This document shows, in pieces, positions 17,949 to 25,823 of a stretch of DNA of 35,213 nt. The notes under the pieces are model-generated. The model was given only the letters and a program-made list of their open reading frames with translations. It made no database searches and was not told where the DNA came from. The stretch's first letter is position 1. Every line of letters starts with the position of its first letter. The DNA is from Thiotrichaceae bacterium UBA7359. Its GTDB lineage: Bacteria > Pseudomonadota > Gammaproteobacteria > Eutrophobiales > Eutrophobiaceae. The position numbers and the translations under genes were made by a program. The stretch lies in contig CAJJDJ010000048.1 in assembly GCA_905182825.1 (NCBI GenBank), forward strand, positions 1-35,213, written 5' to 3'.

Positions 17949-18944
17949 ATGATGACAATGCAGTCAGTGTTAGTTCTCGGAGCAGGTTCTTGGGGAACTG
18001 CTTTGGCGTTGGTATTAGCACGAAAAAAACACACAGTATATCTATGGGATATAGATATAGAGTTAATAAAAAGTCTAAAAACTGAAAGAACAAACATACG
18101 CTATATTCCAGATGTCCCGTTTCCAAAAAATATAGTTCCTGTTGAATCTATTGATCAAGTTCCTCTTGAGACAAAAATATTTGTTAATTCTGTTCCTTGC
18201 CATGCTTTGCGTAGTAGTTTGCAATTATTAAAATCTTTTTCTGAGGTTCATCTTTGTGTTGCTTGTAAGGGCTTCGAACCGGGCACGCAGAAATTTAATC
18301 ATCGAGTTGTTGAAGAAGAGTTACCTGAAAGTGCTATAGCGATACTTTCAGGACCGTCCTTTGCGAAAGAGGTAGGCGCTGGTTTGCCAACCGCCGTCAC
18401 TATTGCTGCTAAAGATATTGCTGTTGCAAAAATATTTGCAAATTTATTTCATGATGATGTCTTTCGTATCTATACTCATGGTGATGTTATAGGCACGCAA
18501 GTTGGTGGAGCGGTGAAAAATGTAATGGCAATTGCAGCAGGCATTGCCGATGGATTGGGTTTTGGTGCCAATACACGTTCAGCATTATTGACGCGTGGTT
18601 TGGCAGAGATCATGCGTTTGGGTTTGGCTATGGGCGCTAGGCAAGAAACTTTTATGGGTCTTGCTGGTTTAGGTGATTTAGTTTTGACGTGCACCGATAA
18701 CCAATCGCGTAACCGTCGCCTGGGACTATTATTAGCTGAAGGACTATCAGTTAATGCTGCGAGTGAGAAAATTGGACAAGCTATCGAAGGTTTAAGGACG
18801 GCAAATGAAGTTGCAGTATTGGCTGATAAACATGGAATTGAAATGCCTATTATAGAACAAGTTAATAATGTACTTCAATCAAAATGCTCCCCAGCTGAAG
18901 CAGTAAAAAACTTGTTGGCGCGTGATTCTAAGGCTGAAGTTTAA
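17949..18944 (+). CDS. gpsA: NAD(P)H-dependent glycerol-3-phosphate dehydrogenase
   Basis: 331 aa. VLGAGSWGTALA Rossmann motif, GPSFAKEV, GAVKNVMAIAAG. Confidence 0.95.
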   Translation: MMTMQSVLVLGAGSWGTALALVLARKKHTVYLWDIDIELIKSLKTERTNIRYIPDVPFPKNIVPVESIDQVPLETKIFVNSVPCHALRSSLQLLKSFSEVHLCVACKGFEPGTQKFNHRVVEEELPESAIAILSGPSFAKEVGAGLPTAVTIAAKDIAVAKIFANLFHDDVFRIYTHGDVIGTQVGGAVKNVMAIAAGIADGLGFGANTRSALLTRGLAEIMRLGLAMGARQETFMGLAGLGDLVLTCTDNQSRNRRLGLLLAEGLSVNAASEKIGQAIEGLRTANEVAVLADKHGIEMPIIEQVNNVLQSKCSPAEAVKNLLARDSKAEV

Positions 18945-19105
18945 TCAATATAAGATTCTGTTAAGAGATAAATTTCTTCACTATTTGGAGCGGTGATATT
19001 CTATGAATTAAAAGCATCCTAACTATGACAAATTTTTTAAAAATCGTCATAGAGCTAATTATTCAGCATGTGAAATTTTTTTAGGCAAATTGTAAATATT
19101 TACGC

Positions 19106-19210
19106 ATCCCTCTAATTTTACTTCAATGTATTGAAATCAAACGTTATGTCGATAGTTATCGTAAAAGAAAGCATCAATTGACAGTATGCATATCAATTAA
19201 TTAGAGGGAT
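19106..19210. repeat. 12-bp perfect inverted repeat (ATCCCTCTAATT / AATTAGAGGGAT) bracketing 81 bp
   Basis: Arms at 19106-19117 and 19199-19210, read directly from the sequence. They lie in the 318-bp spacer between the convergent gpsA and trmL 3' ends. The interior holds a small hairpin, TTCAATgtATTGAA. Confidence 0.6.
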
Positions 19211-19262
19211 ATTCAGTATATTTTAGCAGATGATTATATATGAATAAGTGATAGACAATGAG

Positions 19263-19721
19263 CTATTGAAGGAAGTCATTCTGTCGCCAAGCTTCATAAA
19301 CAATAATACTCACTGAGTTTGATAAATTCAGACTGCGGCTGTTTTTTAGCATTGGAATTCGCAAGATTTTATTGGTATTGAATTCGCTTAATATACTTTT
19401 GGGCAAGCCTCGTGTTTCTGGACCAAAAATAAAACTATCTCCCTTGCGAAAAACACAATCAGAGTAATGCTTAGATCCTTTGGTGGAAATAGCGTAGATT
19501 GAATTCATCTTATTTTTTTCTAGATAGTTCTGATAACAATCATAGTGATGTACGACTGATAAATCGATATAATCTAGCCCAGCACGACGCAGACTTTTTT
19601 CATCCATATCAAAGCCAAGCGGATGAATTAAATGCAAATGAGCGTTGGTATTTGCACAAAGACGTATAATATTACCGGTATTAGGTGGGATTTCCGGCTC
19701 AAATAGAACAATATTAAACAT
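19263..19721 (-). CDS. trmL: tRNA (cytidine/uridine-34 2'-O)-methyltransferase TrmL (SpoU family)
   Basis: 152 aa. The N-terminus MFNIVLFEPEIPPNTGNIIRLCANT is nearly identical to E. coli TrmL (YibK). Confidence 0.9.
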   Translation of the reverse strand: MFNIVLFEPEIPPNTGNIIRLCANTNAHLHLIHPLGFDMDEKSLRRAGLDYIDLSVVHHYDCYQNYLEKNKMNSIYAISTKGSKHYSDCVFRKGDSFIFGPETRGLPKSILSEFNTNKILRIPMLKNSRSLNLSNSVSIIVYEAWRQNDFLQ

Positions 19722-19756
19722 AACTGGATATTATATCCCATTTAATAAAATGTAGT

Positions 19757-20716
19757 ATGACAATAACTTCGCTAAATGAACAAGACAAGAAACGGCTAGA
19801 GATAGAATTCTGTGGCTTGAAGCTTAATTCACCTTTGATTCTATTATCAGGCTGTGTTGGTTTTGGTGAAGAATATACACGTATCAGAGGTTTCTCCAAT
19901 ACTGATGTAGGTGCTATTTGTTTAAAAGGCACAACTTTAGAACCCCGGCTGGGTAATTCACCGCGTCGTGTTACTGAAACCTACATGGGCATGATAAATG
20001 CGATAGGTTTACAAAATCCAGGTTCAAAGGTGGTGGTAAATGAGTACTTACCTAATCTTGATTTTACAGAAACAAGGTTTATAGCAAATTTATCAGGTTC
20101 AACGTTAGAAGAGTATGAGGAAGTAACTCGGATCTTTGACGATTCTCCAATCGACGCAATGGAGATTAATATCTCATGCCCTAATGTGAAAGAAGGCGGC
20201 GTTGCGTTTGGTAATGATCCTGAGATGTCTGCGCGGGTTGTAGCAGCATGTCGAGGTGCAACTAAAAAACCACTCATCACAAAACTATCTCCCAACCAAA
20301 CAGATATTGCCGAAAACGCACGCTGTTGTATTGAAGCCGGAACAGACGGACTTGCTGTGATCAATACGTTAATGGGTATGGCCATTGATATAAACTTACG
20401 CCAACCCATTATAGGTAATAATCAAGGTGGTTTATCGGGTCCTGCGATTAAGCCGGTTGCACTTTTAAAGGTACATCAAGTGTACCAAGTGGCAAAAAAT
20501 CATGCTATACCGATAATAGGACAGGGAGGGGTAACTAGTATTGATGATGTGATTGAATTTATGATTGCTGGTGCAACAACGGTAGGTATTGGTACGGCCT
20601 TATTTTATGAACCATTGATTTGTCCTAAATTAAGCAATGGAATTGTTGATTATCTGAATAAACATAATCTTGATAATATCTCTGAACTTATTGGGACACT
20701 TGAATTATACGATTAA
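19757..20716 (+). CDS. pyrD: dihydroorotate dehydrogenase, class 1B-type catalytic subunit
   Basis: 319 aa. SGCVGFGEEY, NAIGLQNPG, EINISCPNVKEGG (catalytic Cys, class 1), GGLSGPAIKP, GQGGV. Collinear with Lactococcus/Bacillus PyrDB. It lacks the N-terminal membrane helix and the Ser base of class 2. Confidence 0.88.
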   Translation: MTITSLNEQDKKRLEIEFCGLKLNSPLILLSGCVGFGEEYTRIRGFSNTDVGAICLKGTTLEPRLGNSPRRVTETYMGMINAIGLQNPGSKVVVNEYLPNLDFTETRFIANLSGSTLEEYEEVTRIFDDSPIDAMEINISCPNVKEGGVAFGNDPEMSARVVAACRGATKKPLITKLSPNQTDIAENARCCIEAGTDGLAVINTLMGMAIDINLRQPIIGNNQGGLSGPAIKPVALLKVHQVYQVAKNHAIPIIGQGGVTSIDDVIEFMIAGATTVGIGTALFYEPLICPKLSNGIVDYLNKHNLDNISELIGTLELYD

Positions 20717-21027
20717 TTTTTTGTAAGGCGTTTTAGAAAAACACGCATTTCTTTGAGGGTTTGTATGTCACCATTTTTTTCAGCAATACTAATTCCTTTT
20801 TCATAAGCTACTATTGCCTCATCATTTTTTTTATTTCCAGTCAGTGCTTTAGCATAAAGTTTCCATGCAGCTGAGAAAGATGGTTTAAGTTCGATGGCTT
20901 TCTCTAAATGGATCACGGACTCCTTAAAATCACCTTGTTTGAAGTATTCATTTCCGAGGCTGTATCTTAACAGTTCATTATCATGACCTTTTTTGAGCAA
21001 GGTTTTGTATATGTTAAATTGTTTCAT
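20713..21027 (-). CDS. small tetratricopeptide-repeat protein
   Basis: About 104 aa from the ATG at 21027 (the ORF-track start at 21054 is TTG). Two to three TPR units (LGNEYFKQGDFKESVIHLEKAIELKP..AWKLYAKAL...AIVAYEKGI). Confidence 0.7.
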   Translation of the reverse strand: MKQFNIYKTLLKKGHDNELLRYSLGNEYFKQGDFKESVIHLEKAIELKPSFSAAWKLYAKALTGNKKNDEAIVAYEKGISIAEKNGDIQTLKEMRVFLKRLTKN

Positions 21028-21037
21028 ATAAATGAAC

Positions 21038-21625
21038 TTATGATTTTTGAGCAAGTAACATCGCTTGGTCTCTAAATCCCTCGTCTATTTTTCCAATTGT
21101 CCCTTCTTCTCTATAGTAGATTATATTCCAATCATTAAATAAATTTAATAATTCATTTTTTTCTAATAAATAATCAGGGTTACTTGGCCCAGTATCATTG
21201 ACTTTGCTAATGATAAACGTTTGATAAAAAATAAGACCCTCTTTTTTTATTGCATTTTTTATATCATCGATTAACCCACGATCCAGAAAATGACTAACAG
21301 TGATAACATTAAAAGAATCTGGAGCAGGTGGTTCATCGGAAATGTTTCTAGATTCAAATTTAATTTTTAAATTTTTCTTTAAAGCTTCATCAGAAAGATG
21401 TTTCAAAGCAGACGCTGAAATATCCCATGCGGAGACACTCAAACCATTTTCTGCAAGGCATATTGCATTTGCACCACGACCGCATGCTAAATCAAGCGCG
21501 GTTCCTTGCTTGGGTAAAAGGTGTTGATTTATACATAATACTTCCGCAGGTGAAGGGTAATTACTTAAACAGGAGGCATAATTTTCATCCCACTTTTTTT
21601 TTGCTTTATCGTTCAACGTCGCCAA
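21038..21625 (-). CDS. class I SAM-dependent methyltransferase, TehB-like
   Basis: 195 aa. Motif I LDLACGRGANAI, post-I VSAWDIS, motif II FNVITVSHFL. Overall collinear with E. coli TehB, including the C-terminal ...AMLLAQK. There is no ATG before motif I, so the start must be TTG (21625 or 21616). It overlaps the trkH stop. Confidence 0.75.
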   Translation of the reverse strand: MATLNDKAKKKWDENYASCLSNYPSPAEVLCINQHLLPKQGTALDLACGRGANAICLAENGLSVSAWDISASALKHLSDEALKKNLKIKFESRNISDEPPAPDSFNVITVSHFLDRGLIDDIKNAIKKEGLIFYQTFIISKVNDTGPSNPDYLLEKNELLNLFNDWNIIYYREEGTIGKIDEGFRDQAMLLAQKS

Positions 21626-23064
21626 AATGTTGGAGTGAATAATACTAGTAATGTGAATATTTCAAGACGACCTAATAACATGGCAAAGCAAAGTATCCAT
21701 TTAGCAGTGTCGTTGATACTACCATAATTTTGACTGACTTTTCCGAGTCCTGGACCAAGGTTGTTCATGCAGGCTGCTAATGCTGAAAATGCAGTAATTT
21801 GATCAAGACCTGTCGCCATTAATGCTAAGAGTAGTATCGCAAATAAAACAATATAAGTAGCAAAGAAACCCCATACTGCTTCAATAATACGTTCGGGGAT
21901 GGCTTTATTTCCTACTTTTATGATGAAAATAGCACTTGGATGGATCAGTCTCTTTATTTCTCGCATTCCTTGTTTGAAAAGCAAAAGAATACGTATGATT
22001 TTTATTCCGCCACCAGTAGAACCAGCACAGGCACCAAAAAAACTTGAGAATAATAAAAGTAGAGGCATAAACCCAGCCCAGCCTTGATAGTCTGTTGTCG
22101 TAAAACCAGTAGTAGTTGCAATAGAAACAGTCTGAAAGATACTATCTTTAATTGCCTTTCCAAAGCTTTCATAATCACCGGTGAGGATATGATAACTGGC
22201 GCAAATAAAACAGATCATCAACAAGATACCTAAATAGGCACGTAGTTCCGCGTCAGACCAATAGGCTTTTAAACTTGTTTGTCGCCAAGACATAAAATGT
22301 AAGCTAAAGTTAATTCCAGCGATAAACATAAAAAATATTGCAACCGCTTCTATCAAACCACTTTCAAAATAGCCTATGCTAGCGTCATGAGTTGAAAACC
22401 CACCAATAGATACAGTTGAAAAACTATGGGTAATTGCATCAAACACACTCATTCCCGCTAACCAATATGCTAATGCGCAAAAAACTGTCATAGAAAGATA
22501 GATATACCAGAGTGCTTTAGCAGTTTCCGTTATTCTAGGTGTAAGTTTATTATCTTTAACTGGACCAGGTGTTTCAGCACGGTATAGCTGCATACCACCA
22601 ATGCCCAACATAGGTAAAATAGCAACTGCCAACACAATGATCCCCATACCCCCTAACCACTGGAGCTCTTGTCGATAGAAAAGAATTGATTTAGGTAGAA
22701 AGTCTATTCCGACAATAATTGTTGCACCTGTTGTAGTAAGACCTGAAATTGACTCAAACACTGCATCTGTAATTGTCAATTCTGGAGTACTTGATAATAT
22801 AAGTGGAACACTACCTGTTAATCCAAGACCAACCCAAAATAGAACGACAACAACAAAACCATCTCGTAGTCGTAATTCATTTTTTACATTGCGAACTGGA
22901 AACCATAGTATTAAACCGATTGAAAGAATAAGTGCAAAAGCAGAGATGAACGGAATTGAAGTAGCATCATTAGTAAAAATTGAAATTATTAATGGCGGAA
23001 ACATTGTCAAGCTGAACAGGGCTAACAATATACCCAAAATTCGTTGGATTACAGCAAATTGCAT
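21613..23064 (-). CDS. trkH: Trk-type K+ uptake membrane subunit TrkH
   Basis: 483 aa, polytopic. Four selectivity-filter-like repeats (SGLTTTGA, SIGGFS, TTTGFT, GSTGGGIK). Confidence 0.93.
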   Translation of the reverse strand: MQFAVIQRILGILLALFSLTMFPPLIISIFTNDATSIPFISAFALILSIGLILWFPVRNVKNELRLRDGFVVVVLFWVGLGLTGSVPLILSSTPELTITDAVFESISGLTTTGATIIVGIDFLPKSILFYRQELQWLGGMGIIVLAVAILPMLGIGGMQLYRAETPGPVKDNKLTPRITETAKALWYIYLSMTVFCALAYWLAGMSVFDAITHSFSTVSIGGFSTHDASIGYFESGLIEAVAIFFMFIAGINFSLHFMSWRQTSLKAYWSDAELRAYLGILLMICFICASYHILTGDYESFGKAIKDSIFQTVSIATTTGFTTTDYQGWAGFMPLLLLFSSFFGACAGSTGGGIKIIRILLLFKQGMREIKRLIHPSAIFIIKVGNKAIPERIIEAVWGFFATYIVLFAILLLALMATGLDQITAFSALAACMNNLGPGLGKVSQNYGSINDTAKWILCFAMLLGRLEIFTLLVLFTPTFWRR

Positions 23065-23094
23065 CGTTATTGTTCTCTAGTCAAAATTTTTCAT

Positions 23095-24468
23095 TTATAA
23101 AAAGGTAATGCCAACCTGGAACAAGGATTCGACTTCAGCCACATGCTTTTTATCGGAGACAATTAAAATAAGGTGATCTTCAGTTTCGATAATAGTTCTC
23201 TTATTACTCATTAAGACATTATTGCCTCGCACAATGGCGGCGATTGTTGAGCCATGTGGTAAATTTATGTCACCTATTTTTTTACCAACTACTTTTGATG
23301 AGGTCGTATTACCATGAGCTATAGCCTCAATTGCTTCAGCAGCTCCCCTTCTTAATGCATGCACAACAACTACATCACCTTTGCGTATATGTGCGAGTAA
23401 ACTGCCAATGGTGGCTTGCTGAGGAGAGATTGCGATGTCAATAGTATTACTTTGAACGAGATCAACATATGCAGAACGGTTGATTAATGCCATTACTTTT
23501 CTAGCGCCTAGCCGCTTTGCAAGCATAGAAGAAATAATATTTGCTTCATCAGCATTTGTTAGCGCACAGAACACGTCAGTTCTATCAATATCTTCTTCAT
23601 GCAATAGCTCCTCGTCTGCAGCATCACCATTTAAAACGATTGTTTTCTTTAATGATTCAGATGCAAAGCGTGCTTTTTCACGATCGAGTTCAAGTAATTT
23701 AACTTTGTAATTATCTTCTAATAATCCAGCTAGTTTTAGGCCTATATTGCCACCACCAGCGATCATAATACTTTTTAAAGGTTTTTCTTTAAAACGGATA
23801 ACTTGTAACAATAGACGAATAGATTTTTTTGAGCTTATAAAGAATATTTCATCATCTGCCTCAATAACAGTCTCAGCAACGGGGATGATTGCTTGATTAT
23901 TTCTGAATATGATGCCTACCTTATATTCAATGTTAGGAAGTTTTTTTCTTAGGTGACGTAATGAATGACCAACTAACATACCACTATAAGATGCTTTTAA
24001 AGCAACCATTTGGGCTTGCCCATTAGCAAAGTCTAGAACTTGTAAGGCGCCTGGGTTCTCGATTAATTTTTTTATGTATTCGGTGACTAATTTTTCTGGG
24101 CTTATCAAAACATCAATAGGTAAGGCCTCTTGAGCAAAAAGAGCCGTGCTTGTAAGATATTCAGCTTCACGAATGCGTGCAATTTTCATGGGAGTATGGA
24201 ATAGAGTGTAGGCAACTTGACAGGCTATCATATTGACTTCATCACTATTTGTGACAGCCAAGATCATATCCGCATCTTTGGCACCAGCTTTAGCTAGAAC
24301 TGATGGATGTGAGGCAATTCCGGTAATGGTTCTCAAATCGTAACGTTCACTAATCAGCTGTAATGTTGCGGGGTTATTGTCGACTAATGTAATATCATTG
24401 TCTTCATTGACTAGATTGGCTGCCACTGATGCGCCAACTTGACCTGCACCCAATATAATAATCTTCAT
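23095..24468 (-). CDS. trkA: Trk system NAD-binding peripheral subunit TrkA
   Basis: 457 aa. Two RCK/KTN halves with Rossmann motifs (MKIIILGAGQVGASVA, IMIAGGGNIGLKLA). Confidence 0.95.
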   Translation of the reverse strand: MKIIILGAGQVGASVAANLVNEDNDITLVDNNPATLQLISERYDLRTITGIASHPSVLAKAGAKDADMILAVTNSDEVNMIACQVAYTLFHTPMKIARIREAEYLTSTALFAQEALPIDVLISPEKLVTEYIKKLIENPGALQVLDFANGQAQMVALKASYSGMLVGHSLRHLRKKLPNIEYKVGIIFRNNQAIIPVAETVIEADDEIFFISSKKSIRLLLQVIRFKEKPLKSIMIAGGGNIGLKLAGLLEDNYKVKLLELDREKARFASESLKKTIVLNGDAADEELLHEEDIDRTDVFCALTNADEANIISSMLAKRLGARKVMALINRSAYVDLVQSNTIDIAISPQQATIGSLLAHIRKGDVVVVHALRRGAAEAIEAIAHGNTTSSKVVGKKIGDINLPHGSTIAAIVRGNNVLMSNKRTIIETEDHLILIVSDKKHVAEVESLFQVGITFL

Positions 24469-25823
24469 TTTAATTCTATTCCTAGCATTTTCAGTTTTCT
24501 ATATAAATGTGTGCGTTCTATTCCAACCGCATTTGCCACCTTACTAACACTACCGTTCGCTTTTTTTAATTGATATTCAAGATATGTTTTTTCAAAATTT
24601 TCTCTTGCCTCTCGCAATGGCATATCAAAATCGAATAATTCTTTACTAGCACTATTTTTTTTCATGCTTGTATTACCTAGACTAGCTTCAATTTCATCAA
24701 TATTTATGGTTTCGTTTGTACTAAGTATTAAAAGACGTTGAACAATATTCTTTAATTCTTTTACATTACCAGGCCATTGATAACTTCTTAAACGATTTTG
24801 TGCGGCAACGCTAAATTTTCGATAAGGAAGTCCTTCAGTTTCTATAAAGTAATTAACAAAGTATTCAAGCAATGCTGGTATGTCTTCATAATGTTCACGT
24901 AGTGCTGGGATAGTTATTGGTAGGATGTTCAACTGATAATAAAGATCATCCCTGAAGCTACCTTTTTCAACTAGAGATTTGATATCAAACTTAGTTGCTA
25001 CTATAATTCTCATTTTTAGCTTAATCGGATTAGAGCTTCCGATATGTGTATACTGTTTAGTTTCAAATACATCATTGATACGAGACTGTAATGTCGTATT
25101 TAATTCACCAATATCATCAATGTAAAGTGTCCCATTGTTAGCTCTATCAAAATAACCTTCCTGTAATTGGTTATTTGACTCTAGGCCAAATAGTTCGGTC
25201 TCTGCATAGTCTTTACCTAGGGTAGAAATTCTTATTGCGATAAACGGATCTTCCGCATATTTGCTAAGTGAATGTAAGTAACGTGCAAATAATTCTTTAT
25301 CCGTCCCAGATTCTCCATGGAACAATACTAGTGCCTCATGGTTTGCAATTTTTGATATCTGATTTCTCAGATCTGATATTTTTTTACTTTTTCCTATTTG
25401 GTCAAGTTTAGATGTACTAACATGGTGTAACTGTAAATTTTCTTGCTGCAACGAGCTAGTTTCAAGTGCATGTTTGATTGTTAATAATAGTTTAGCAATT
25501 GAAAGCGGTTTCTCGATAAAATCAAAGGCTCCAAGACGCGTGGCTTCAACTGCTGTTTCTACATTTCCATGACCTGACATCATGACTACAGGACTAGATA
25601 ATATGTTTTTTTCATGCCACTCTTTCAGCAAACTAATGCCATCGATATCGGGCATCCATATATCAAGCAAGACTAAATCTGGTTTAAATGATTCTACTAA
25701 TCGACGCGCTTCAGTAGCGTTCTCCGCAACCTCGACATTAAAACCTTCATCTTCAAGAATTTCTTTTACCAAACTTCTGATATCAGGCTCATCGTCTACA
25801 ACAAGAATATGTCTAGTACCCAT
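24465..25823 (-). CDS. ntrX: NtrX-like response regulator (REC, degenerate AAA+ and Fis-type HTH domains)
   Basis: 452 aa. REC domain with DDEPDIR...LLDIWMPD. Central domain is NtrC-like but carries GESGTDKE, DD, and no GAFTGA. WPGNVKEL is retained. C-terminal HTH VANAVGIERTHLYRKLK. Paired with an NtrY-like kinase. Confidence 0.8.
   Translation of the reverse strand: MGTRHILVVDDEPDIRSLVKEILEDEGFNVEVAENATEARRLVESFKPDLVLLDIWMPDIDGISLLKEWHEKNILSSPVVMMSGHGNVETAVEATRLGAFDFIEKPLSIAKLLLTIKHALETSSLQQENLQLHHVSTSKLDQIGKSKKISDLRNQISKIANHEALVLFHGESGTDKELFARYLHSLSKYAEDPFIAIRISTLGKDYAETELFGLESNNQLQEGYFDRANNGTLYIDDIGELNTTLQSRINDVFETKQYTHIGSSNPIKLKMRIIVATKFDIKSLVEKGSFRDDLYYQLNILPITIPALREHYEDIPALLEYFVNYFIETEGLPYRKFSVAAQNRLRSYQWPGNVKELKNIVQRLLILSTNETINIDEIEASLGNTSMKKNSASKELFDFDMPLREARENFEKTYLEYQLKKANGSVSKVANAVGIERTHLYRKLKMLGIELK

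Noticed and set aside
19981-20409. Long antisense or out-of-frame ORFs inside well-supported genes. Examples: 142 aa opposite pyrD; also 568-750, 2179-2490, 2608-2817, 5207-5422, 10131-10397, 11180-11467, 13178-13528, 18476-18694, 21300-21527, 23480-23710, 25582-25863, 27417-27725, 28992-29186 and 29990-30187.
   Set aside because: Each lies entirely within a CDS that has clear family motifs on the other strand or frame. Their translations are low-complexity, Ser/Ile/Phe-rich shadow-ORF sequence with no recognisable domain or RBS.
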